DNA from: Candidatus Bathyarchaeota archaeon
GTDB lineage: Archaea; Thermoproteota; Bathyarchaeia; Bathyarchaeales; Bathycorpusculaceae
DNA: 64,000 nt
Reading direction: 5' to 3'
Assembly: GCA_963772455.1 (NCBI GenBank)
Contig: CAVYXJ010000007.1
Span: 288,001-352,000 of the forward strand
Positions 17,890 through 26,221 of this stretch are shown here, piece after piece (positions within the stretch are counted from its first letter, which is position 1; each line of letters starts with the position of its first letter). Both the position numbers and the translations under genes were made by a program. The notes beneath the pieces are model-generated. The model was given only the letters and a program-made list of their open reading frames with translations. It searched no databases and was not told where the DNA came from.

Positions 17890-19104
17890 GTGCTTGCTGT
17901 CGCTTTTATAGTTAGGGTTCTCCTGTTTCCCCAGCAAGGATACCCCATAGATACAAACGATTTTATCTCGTGGTTTACCACGGCAGCTAATCATGGTATA
18001 AGACCCTTCTACAATGTTGCAGGGTATTTTGATTATCCACCTTTCAACGTGTACATTTTCTGGGCATTTGGTTCTTTGGCTAATGCATTAAGCATCAGTA
18101 TGGCAAACATGATTAAGTTTGTTCCGAACCTTTTTGATTTGGCAACTGCAGGTTTGATTTATTTTTTTGTTAGAAAACAAGCAACTTTCAAAGTTGCACT
18201 TATTTCAATGGCGCTTTACGCTTTTAACCCAGCGGTAATCTACAATGCAGCTGTATGGGGTCAATTTGATGCGGTTTATACTTTTTTCCTTGTTCTCTCG
18301 CTTATGCTTGCTTTGAAATCTAAACCCGTGCCCTCTGCAGTAATCTTCGCGTTGGGACTTCTAACCAAGCCTCAAGGTATAGCGTTGCTTCCTTTGATTG
18401 TCCTATTGATTTATAAAAAAAATGGTTGGAAACAACTATTATATTCCGTTGGGGCGTTTACCGCAACGATTTTTTTGGTTGTGCTGCCCTTCGAAGGCAT
18501 TGGTAATCCAATTACATTCTTAATCAAAAATTACTCAACTGGCTATCTTTACTATAACGTGACCTCAGTTAACGCTTTCAACCTATGGGGAATGTTTGGC
18601 TTGTGGGTAAATGATGGTTACCTCTTTTATGTAGGGTGGGCATTGTTTGGTTCTGTAGCGGCTTTTACACTATATATGGTCCATAAACGACTTAAAGTCT
18701 CAGGAGATATTATTGCAATTTTTGCTGCTTTTATTTTGCTTTTCGCGTTCTTCATGTTACCTACAAGAATTCATGAACGGTACATGTTTCCAGCCATAAG
18801 TGTTTTGGCCCTAATGTTTCCACTTCTTAAAAAAGCACGAGTGTTCTATGTAGTTTTGACAGCGACATTTCTAGTAAACCAAGCTTACATTCTTTATTGG
18901 CTCAATATTTCCTATCCCAATGCTGCCCCCAATTTAACTGGGGACCCAGTGGTTTTAGCGATAAGCATTATTAATTTAATAATGTTACTTTATGCCTCAG
19001 TGCTCATGTGGGATGAGCTTAAAGGAATAAACTGGCTCAAAAAAGACCAACCAGCGTTAAACAAATCTCAAGAGGGAGAGAAGTCCAAATTAACATCGAA
19101 TTAA
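17890..19104 (+). CDS. GT-C fold multi-TM glycosyltransferase (ALG6/GT87-like); true start possibly the ATT at 17845
   Basis: D..F..W, DYPP, FNP...AVWGQFD, KPQG and HERY motifs; many TM helices. Confidence 0.85.
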   Translation: MLAVAFIVRVLLFPQQGYPIDTNDFISWFTTAANHGIRPFYNVAGYFDYPPFNVYIFWAFGSLANALSISMANMIKFVPNLFDLATAGLIYFFVRKQATFKVALISMALYAFNPAVIYNAAVWGQFDAVYTFFLVLSLMLALKSKPVPSAVIFALGLLTKPQGIALLPLIVLLIYKKNGWKQLLYSVGAFTATIFLVVLPFEGIGNPITFLIKNYSTGYLYYNVTSVNAFNLWGMFGLWVNDGYLFYVGWALFGSVAAFTLYMVHKRLKVSGDIIAIFAAFILLFAFFMLPTRIHERYMFPAISVLALMFPLLKKARVFYVVLTATFLVNQAYILYWLNISYPNAAPNLTGDPVVLAISIINLIMLLYASVLMWDELKGINWLKKDQPALNKSQEGEKSKLTSN

Positions 19105-19136
19105 AAATAACCAAAAAAGACATTATAACAATCGTT

Positions 19137-20951
19137 TTGCTATCAATAATCTTTTTTGGAATAGCTTCTTGGAATTTGGGTACATTTAATGCCCCAGTGA
19201 CGAATTGGGAAAGCACTCAACAGACAAATTTCTATGTGGACTTGGGTTCAAACCAATATGTTGAAAACGTATATTTTTGGGTTAGAAGCGGAAACGCTTC
19301 AGCCTCAGTTTATTCCGGAGTTCCAGGAAACTGGACCTATCAGGGGCAATTCTCAAATGGATTGCAACCCAGAGGAACAGACTACTCAGTCTACCAAAAA
19401 ATAGGCTTAGGTATAAACACCCAATTTCTAGAATTCAACGTTACAGCAGTCAACTATGACTCCCAACCAATGTTTGCCAATTGGGGCATAACAAACCCAT
19501 CAGACCAACCAATCGCACCCTATATTCAAATTACAGAAATAGGAGTAGAAAACCAAACTAACCAACAAATTTCCATTCTTGAAATTACAGCCCTAAACTC
19601 AACCGACCCAACTCTAAGTAACCTCGTCGATGAGCAAAGCAAACTCCAGATTCCGCCAACTTTTATGTCCAAAATGTACTTTGACGAAGTCTACTTTGCA
19701 CGCTCAGCCGAAAACTATGCCAACCATATGATACCCAACGAAAGAACCCATCCACCAATTGGGAAAATTATTCAAGCCATAGGAGTGGCAGTTTTTGGTG
19801 AAACACCATTTGGTTGGCGAATAATTGGAGTAGTATTCGCCACTTTGATGATTCCATTGATGTATCTTTTAGGTAAGAAGTTATTCGGCACATGGATCGG
19901 CGGGTTTTCATCAGCATTCCTTTTAGCGTTTGACTTTATGCATTTCACAATGGCGAGAATAGGCACCGCGGATACGTATGTAGTGTTCTTCTCTTTGTTG
20001 TCACAGTTATTCTTCCTGATTTACTTCATGAATGTAGTTAAGAGCGGGTGGAAAACCTCTGTCTTGCCGCTTTTCTTTGCAGTACTCTTCTTTGCATTAG
20101 GATTCTCAACAAAGTGGTTTACAATCTTTGGGGCTTTAGGGATGCTTGTGTTGCTTGTGACAGTCAGATTCAAAGATTTAGCCAAGCTTAAGGCAAGTTT
20201 AGCTGAAAAATATTTGGCTTTTTTTAACCATCCAGCCCTTATACTATTGGGCTTTGCAGGCATAGCCGTCTTGGTCTACTTTGCAACATATATTCCAGAA
20301 ATGCTGGGGGGCGACTCTTTCCTAACTATTATAAAGTTGCAGTCAGCGATGCTTAATTTCCATTCAGGCAGTGTTGTTGATACTTCGTCAGCCCCTTGGT
20401 GGTCTTGGCCCTTCATGTTTAGACTAGACGGACTAAATGTTCCAAGATGGTTTGACATATCTTACCTCCCAAACAATGTAGTATCAACAATCTCTGTTTT
20501 CGGAAACCCAATGGTTTGGTGGATTGGCTTTGTCTCGATACTGATCCTAACAGAGAGAGCACTTCATGGACGACAGTTAGTGAAAAACTTTTACAGTCGA
20601 ATATCAAAATCACCTTTAAATGAACGCATAAGTATACGCGGGCAAGGTTGGGATTTACCTGCGATATACATTGTCGTGATTTTCTTTTTCACGTGGCTTC
20701 CTTACGTTTTCATAGGCCGAGCAACCTACATCTACCACTTTTACCTTAGCGTACCCCTACTTTGCTTATCAACAACATACTTCATCAATAAGTACTGGAA
20801 TACACCCAAAGGAAAGATTGCTGCAATAGCTATATTTGCAAGCGCAATAGCAATGTTTGTGCTCTTTTATCCAGTAATTTCAGGTGCTCCTGCTACAACA
20901 GAATCGATTAAAAACTTGAAATGGTTCCATAGTTGGGGCTTCTTAGGATGA
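19137..20951 (+). CDS. Dolichyl-phosphate-mannose--protein mannosyltransferase (PMT/GT39) family; true start possibly the ATT at 19089
   Basis: YFDEVYF, HPPIGK, FGWR, ARI...D, KW, S.PWWSWP, GNP..WW and YIYHFY motifs; extracytoplasmic beta domain inserted near the N-terminus. Confidence 0.9.
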   Translation: MLSIIFFGIASWNLGTFNAPVTNWESTQQTNFYVDLGSNQYVENVYFWVRSGNASASVYSGVPGNWTYQGQFSNGLQPRGTDYSVYQKIGLGINTQFLEFNVTAVNYDSQPMFANWGITNPSDQPIAPYIQITEIGVENQTNQQISILEITALNSTDPTLSNLVDEQSKLQIPPTFMSKMYFDEVYFARSAENYANHMIPNERTHPPIGKIIQAIGVAVFGETPFGWRIIGVVFATLMIPLMYLLGKKLFGTWIGGFSSAFLLAFDFMHFTMARIGTADTYVVFFSLLSQLFFLIYFMNVVKSGWKTSVLPLFFAVLFFALGFSTKWFTIFGALGMLVLLVTVRFKDLAKLKASLAEKYLAFFNHPALILLGFAGIAVLVYFATYIPEMLGGDSFLTIIKLQSAMLNFHSGSVVDTSSAPWWSWPFMFRLDGLNVPRWFDISYLPNNVVSTISVFGNPMVWWIGFVSILILTERALHGRQLVKNFYSRISKSPLNERISIRGQGWDLPAIYIVVIFFFTWLPYVFIGRATYIYHFYLSVPLLCLSTTYFINKYWNTPKGKIAAIAIFASAIAMFVLFYPVISGAPATTESIKNLKWFHSWGFLG

Positions 20952-21688
20952 TAAAACCCAACCTAAACGGTACTGTGCAAGTTTCAGTTGTGCTTCCTGC
21001 CTATAATGAAGTCGATTACCTTCAGCTGGCAGTAGAGAAAACCATCCAAGCTCTAAATCAGTTTACACAATCCTATGAAATTATAATAGCTGAAGACGGC
21101 AGCACAGATGGAACTGCTGAACGCGCGGAAGAACTAACTCTGCAAAACCCCAAAGTACGCCACATTCATCGTGAAAAACGGTTAGGCAGAGGAACCGCAC
21201 TCAATAACGCCTTTAAGCAAAGCAACGGCGAAGTGTTGGTTTATATGGATCTGGATTTAGCCACAGATCTAAAATATCTTAAACCTCTAATTGAAACCAT
21301 TACTGTTGAAGGATATGATTTCTCAACTGGATCAAGGATGCTTCGTGAAAGCAAAGCTGAACGTACCTTCAGTAGAAGCATAAGTTCTAAAACCTATAAT
21401 TTTCTCGTCAGACACATGCTTGGCTCAAAACTTCATGATCACCAATGCGGCTTTAAAGCCTTCAAAAAAGAGCCATTAATGCTGATAATAGACAAGGTTG
21501 AAGCGACGCATTGGTTTTGGGACACGGAATTATTGGTGAGAGCCCAAAGAACAGGTTATAAAGTTAAAGAAATCGGTGTTGAATGGAAAAGCGGCAAAGC
21601 CACCAAAGTCAACCTCTTCAAGGATTCGTGGAGCATGTTTCGACAAATAATGGGGCTCTGGTACAACTTAAAAATAAAGAAAAAATAA
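20948..21688 (+). CDS. GT2 dolichyl-phosphate glycosyltransferase (DPM1/ALG5-like)
   Basis: PAYNE, EDGSTDGT, DLDLA, GSR, DHQCGFK and FWDTELL motifs; ATGA overlap with the PMT gene. Confidence 0.9.
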   Translation: MIKPNLNGTVQVSVVLPAYNEVDYLQLAVEKTIQALNQFTQSYEIIIAEDGSTDGTAERAEELTLQNPKVRHIHREKRLGRGTALNNAFKQSNGEVLVYMDLDLATDLKYLKPLIETITVEGYDFSTGSRMLRESKAERTFSRSISSKTYNFLVRHMLGSKLHDHQCGFKAFKKEPLMLIIDKVEATHWFWDTELLVRAQRTGYKVKEIGVEWKSGKATKVNLFKDSWSMFRQIMGLWYNLKIKKK

Positions 21689-21690
21689 AG

Positions 21691-22206
21691 TTACTTTTTA
21701 GCTAAAATAACAATCGCCCTAGCAATTAGGGCTATTCCAAATATGAGAATCATTCCTGCCCAGAAAACAAACCATTCACTGGGAATGGTCATGTTTACTA
21801 GATACGCTATGATAAGGTAGCTTGCACCAAACCAGAAAACAATGTTTTCAATAGTTTCAGCTATACGTATAACGGATGAACGCAAAAGAACTCTTAACGC
21901 TAAAATAATTATCTCCAATACGCCAAGGGCTATACTAAACTGAAAAGCTGCAACGTAGAGATTTCCGAAGTCTGCTGGGGTTGAAGGCGCAGGCAAAGAG
22001 ATACCAGTAGTAGGAACAGGAGCAAGCGTTAGGGTAGTGAAAAAGGTAACCAAACTATCCCACAGGTTGTCAGTCAAATGAATAAAATAAACCAACGCTA
22101 AGATAATGAAAAGGGCACCAATATAGATGGCAGTGAACAAACTTTCTTTTTTCTTATCAGAAAGCGATTGAAGATTTAAAGAGGGCATTAAACTATTTTT
22201 CCCCAT
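21691..22206 (-). CDS. 4-TM membrane protein, paralog of 39894-40401
   Basis: Hydrophobic helices; shared P(S)xP..., ILxLR and IxFW-GA motifs. Confidence 0.75.
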   Translation of the reverse strand: MGKNSLMPSLNLQSLSDKKKESLFTAIYIGALFIILALVYFIHLTDNLWDSLVTFFTTLTLAPVPTTGISLPAPSTPADFGNLYVAAFQFSIALGVLEIIILALRVLLRSSVIRIAETIENIVFWFGASYLIIAYLVNMTIPSEWFVFWAGMILIFGIALIARAIVILAKK

Positions 22207-22306
22207 CCGAGAATACTGTATTTAGCACATATATCTTTCTCTAAATGAGAGTATGTGAACATTTTAAATAGTCAAAGCAGATAAAATAACTATAGGATGA
22301 GAACTT

Positions 22307-22726
22307 ATGTCGTATTGTCCAAAATGTGGCAATAAAGTTGACGAAACAATGATTTTCTGCCCACACTGTGGGGCATCATTAAAAGGTACTTCACCAGGAC
22401 AACCTATGCCTTCTTCCCAGCCTTATCCAAGACGGAATGAGAAATCTGAGAAGAATGAAAAAAATGAGAAACAAGAGAAGAATAATCGTCAAGAAAAAGG
22501 ACAAAACCAAGAGAAAGGCGAAACTGGCTTTATTGGCTACTTAATTGGAGGACTCATACTAATTACTCTGGGTCTTTTCTCTGTTCTGCAGTTAAGCAAT
22601 TATTTCCAAGCGAATTCAGGACAAAGCTGGGCAATAATGCTGCTAATCATCGGTGTAATTATCATAATTGGCGCCATCTATGTTGCTATGACTGCACGAA
22701 AACGTTCTCCACCTCCGCCACCTTAG
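22307..22726 (+). CDS. Zinc-ribbon protein with an xEK-repeat linker and two TM helices
   Basis: YCPKCG...FCPHCG; NEKSEKNEKNEKQEK; two C-terminal hydrophobic helices. Confidence 0.8.
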   Translation: MSYCPKCGNKVDETMIFCPHCGASLKGTSPGQPMPSSQPYPRRNEKSEKNEKNEKQEKNNRQEKGQNQEKGETGFIGYLIGGLILITLGLFSVLQLSNYFQANSGQSWAIMLLIIGVIIIIGAIYVAMTARKRSPPPPP

Positions 22727-23862
22727 ATAATCCAGCTCAAAAACATTCGATATAACCTGTGCTCCAAAAGCGTTGACATATTCTTTCTTCCGAAGACTCG
22801 ATAATAGTTTTTTCCTGCTGCCTCAATTAAATCGCCAATTTCATAACGTGGAAACATACAAGAAGAAAGAATTAAACTGCCCCATTCACCACGTTTGAGG
22901 TCATGCAACATTTTCACCCCTTTCCCCGTGGCTACTTCGAAAAAGTAAGAATCATAGTTTGGGGTAAAGTATGGTAAATCGTCAAGTTGCTGCCCAAATA
23001 CTCCTTCGGTTGCCGTATACATTTCCACAATTGGCACATCACCGAAATAACTTTTGAGAATTGGCCCGTACTTGAAATGGATTTTGGGAACACTTGTGCA
23101 GAATATTGCTTGGGTTTTCCAGATATCAACAGGTTTTTTTCCATACTTACGTTCAACAAATCTGGCGAAAGATAAAATTACAGGAGTGACGCCCATGGCT
23201 GCAGTGACGTTTTGGTTAAGTGCCATCTGATAAGCAAGTTCAAAACGTTTTTCCCAATCAGCCCTACCGACACCGCTGCCTAAAGCATCGATTTCTTCTT
23301 GTCTTGGCAAAAGACTTACCCTGTCAAACATGGGATTAAGCCTTGCGTATGTACCTGAACTGTAACCATAGGTGACTTGTTTGCCATCGACATCCATCGA
23401 GTGAACGTTCGAAGGAAAATTCAAGTTAAGTATAACACCTAAGAAAACTTGATAGTTCTTTTTCTTAACGGCATAGTTTATGAGTCCTCTTGCTCCACAA
23501 CTGTAGATCTGTTTTAGGTGAGTTTGAGTTGCAGGCAAAACTTTGGATTTTCCTGTTGAGCCGCGAGTCATAACCCATGTTTCTGGGCGTTCAGACAAAA
23601 ACACCTTGTAGCTTTGTTCTTTTACTTGTTTAAGATATTGCATGAGTCCTGAATAGTTAATTATTGGAAAATTAGCCTGATAATCCGCTATACCGGTTAC
23701 TTTGGAAGCGTTGTGGTTTGCACCATATTCAGTGGAAGCGTATTTCGCTAATAAATCAACCAGCACTTGTTCTTGCGCTTTCTGAGGATTCTCTATGGAA
23801 TCGTACCATGGCTGAATGTATGGTTGTAGAATAGTGTTAATGCTAACTTCATCAGGCAACAT
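22723..23862 (-). CDS. GH3 family acyl-acid amido synthetase-like protein
   Basis: TRGSTGKSK (P-loop), MYTATEG and RYEIGD motifs; QEQVL..LL...TEYG N-terminus. Confidence 0.85.
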   Translation of the reverse strand: MLPDEVSINTILQPYIQPWYDSIENPQKAQEQVLVDLLAKYASTEYGANHNASKVTGIADYQANFPIINYSGLMQYLKQVKEQSYKVFLSERPETWVMTRGSTGKSKVLPATQTHLKQIYSCGARGLINYAVKKKNYQVFLGVILNLNFPSNVHSMDVDGKQVTYGYSSGTYARLNPMFDRVSLLPRQEEIDALGSGVGRADWEKRFELAYQMALNQNVTAAMGVTPVILSFARFVERKYGKKPVDIWKTQAIFCTSVPKIHFKYGPILKSYFGDVPIVEMYTATEGVFGQQLDDLPYFTPNYDSYFFEVATGKGVKMLHDLKRGEWGSLILSSCMFPRYEIGDLIEAAGKNYYRVFGRKNMSTLLEHRLYRMFLSWII

Positions 23863-23945
23863 AACGTTCACTAAAGAGTTGTTACGAATTTGCTTATATG
23901 CTTCACCACAAATAATTAAAAACAAAGTGTTTGGGTTGAATAATT

Positions 23946-24863
23946 ATGGCAGAAACAATTCGCATAACAGCAGAAAGAATAAAAAAACTCCAAGTTCAAG
24001 GCGCACGAAACGTCGCAATAGCGGCTGTCCAAGCCATCCAAACCCAAGCTGAACAAACAAAAGCGAAAAACAAAATCCAATTTATGAATGAACTCAAAGA
24101 AGCACAAACTATCTTGGTTGCTTCCAGAGAAACTGAACCGCTAATGCGAAATGCAATCCGCTGGATAATTATCCAAGCACAATCCGTTAACACAGAAAAA
24201 ATTGAGACCCTGAGCAAAAACGTAGTTACAAATGCCAACCAATTTCTTAAAGATTTAGAAGATTCAAAAGAACACATAGCTGAAATTGGAGCCAACCGTA
24301 TCCGCGATGGCTCAGTAGTATTTACCCATTGCCACTCATCAACTGTAACTCGCCTTCTTGCCAAAGCCAAAGCAGATGGCAAAAACTTCAAAGTCGTCTG
24401 CACCGAGACACGTCCGGCTTATCAAGGAAGAATAACCGCAAAAGAACTCGTGGGTTTGGGAATTGAAACCACATTTATTGTTGATTCGGCAGCGCGTTCA
24501 TTTATTGGAAATGTTGATGTGGTAATTGTTGGGGCAGACGCCATTACCTCCGAGGGCAATGTTGTTAACAAGATTGGATCAAGCACCATCGCTCTTTTAG
24601 CGCATGAAGCCAGAGTGCCCTTCTATGTAGTTTCGGAACTGCTAAAATTCGACCCAGAAACACTCAAAGGCGAATGCGAAAAAATTGAACAACGCAACCC
24701 CGCTGAAGTCTGGAGCGAAGCACCTCAAAAGCTAATTGTACAAAACCCAGCCTTCGACGTTACCCCAAACCGCTACATACATGGCTTAATCTGCGAAGAC
24801 GGCATAATCGCACCCCAAACAATAGTTGAAGTAATACGCCGAAAATACCCATGGGTTTTCTAA
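23946..24863 (+). CDS. e2b2: Ribose-1,5-bisphosphate isomerase (eIF2B family)
   Basis: VQGA, THCHS, TETRP..QG, VGADAI, NKIG and NPAFDVTP motifs; adjacent to RuBisCO. Confidence 0.9.
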   Translation: MAETIRITAERIKKLQVQGARNVAIAAVQAIQTQAEQTKAKNKIQFMNELKEAQTILVASRETEPLMRNAIRWIIIQAQSVNTEKIETLSKNVVTNANQFLKDLEDSKEHIAEIGANRIRDGSVVFTHCHSSTVTRLLAKAKADGKNFKVVCTETRPAYQGRITAKELVGLGIETTFIVDSAARSFIGNVDVVIVGADAITSEGNVVNKIGSSTIALLAHEARVPFYVVSELLKFDPETLKGECEKIEQRNPAEVWSEAPQKLIVQNPAFDVTPNRYIHGLICEDGIIAPQTIVEVIRRKYPWVF

Positions 24864-24921
24864 AGACGTTCGTTAGAAAATAAAGAATGGAAGTAGCTGC
24901 GAGTACTTGATTTTTTGAGTT

Positions 24922-26151
24922 TTAGTTTTTCCATTTTTTTAGTGCGAGAGCAAGTTCCTTGTGGTTTTTGGCATATTCGTCCAGAGTTTTTTCATATAGA
25001 GTTGCGTCGACTGCTTGACGCATTGCTTTGGCGCCATATACTGTGCCTTCAGGATGACCGTGGATACCACCGCCTGCTTGAATAACGAAATCGTTGCCAA
25101 AAGTCTCCATTAGGGCAGGCACCAATCGTGGATGCAAACCGCCGCTGGCAACGGGCAAAACAGGTCTTAATAAACCCAAATCTGATTTGCAAGCAGATAA
25201 ATTCTCGATTACCTCTTCTTTTGTCTCAGACATTTTACCGACAACCGTACCAACATGAAGTTGGTCTACCCCAATTACTCGTGCAACCGTAGCAATGGGT
25301 TTCATAGCGATTCCGTGCAATGGGTTCTTGGTGAAAGCCGCGTGCCCTGCTCGGTGAGCGTGAATGACCAGTTTGAAGTTTTGTTCTCTTAGTGTTTGTA
25401 GCGCGGACCAACCACAAGTTAGAATATCTATCATAACATATTCTCCACCTTGATCAACGACTGTCTGTGCCCGTTTTAGCATGGTTTGTGTTTCGTCGGT
25501 GATGTTTATCATATAGACTTTGCGTTCATTTGTTTCTTCTTGGGCTTTGTCACGACTCTCCAGCGTTTTAGTTAATCGTTCTTCGAAGGGATTAAAACTT
25601 TGACTACTAAGATTCTCATCATCTTTCACGATATCGCAACCGCCAAACCAAGCATCGTATGCGACTTTGGCGTGATCTTTAGTTTCTAACCCAAGTTTAG
25701 GCTTAATAATTGTGCCAACAAAGGGTCGCTTGGGCACTTTTAGAAGTTTTCGGATTCCAGATATACCAAATGCTGGTCCATTGAAACTGCCTAAGAGGTG
25801 TTCGGAGAATTCTATGTCGAGAAGGCGCAGGTTTTTTAGGGCTTTAAGCCCAAAAACGTTGCCTGCAACGCTGCTCAGAATGTTTGGCATGTTGCCTGGT
25901 TCAAAAAGTTCATCTGAATAGGCGATTTTGATTATGCTTCCGTCTATGTTGAAAACGTGTGCTGCCAGCCTTTTAACGTAGGGCTTCTCAGTCGTCAACT
26001 CTGTCCATGTGCCAACGGAACTTTCCGCTGCTACACCGCCTGCAGCTTCTTTCAAGCTGATGCCTTCAGGCTCAACAAAGAAGGTGCAAATTAAATCTGT
26101 TTCTTTGGGCTTGTAAGCTAAATCTACAAAGTCAAGATATTTCAAGAACAA
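24922..26151 (-). CDS. rbcL: RuBisCO form III large subunit
   Basis: AAESSVGTW, KPKLGL, GCDIVKDDE, HAHRAGH, GKM, SGGLHP and GGGIHGHP motifs. Confidence 0.96.
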   Translation of the reverse strand: MFLKYLDFVDLAYKPKETDLICTFFVEPEGISLKEAAGGVAAESSVGTWTELTTEKPYVKRLAAHVFNIDGSIIKIAYSDELFEPGNMPNILSSVAGNVFGLKALKNLRLLDIEFSEHLLGSFNGPAFGISGIRKLLKVPKRPFVGTIIKPKLGLETKDHAKVAYDAWFGGCDIVKDDENLSSQSFNPFEERLTKTLESRDKAQEETNERKVYMINITDETQTMLKRAQTVVDQGGEYVMIDILTCGWSALQTLREQNFKLVIHAHRAGHAAFTKNPLHGIAMKPIATVARVIGVDQLHVGTVVGKMSETKEEVIENLSACKSDLGLLRPVLPVASGGLHPRLVPALMETFGNDFVIQAGGGIHGHPEGTVYGAKAMRQAVDATLYEKTLDEYAKNHKELALALKKWKN

Positions 26152-26221
26152 TCCTCGCCTGCTAGATTCAGTGGGAATGCCTTAAAATCTTTAACTATTT
26201 CCCAACCCTAAATGTAATTGG

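Noticed and set aside
24922-26151. Calvin-cycle autotrophy
   Set aside because: The flanking AMP phosphorylase and R15P isomerase point to nucleoside salvage; no phosphoribulokinase in the window
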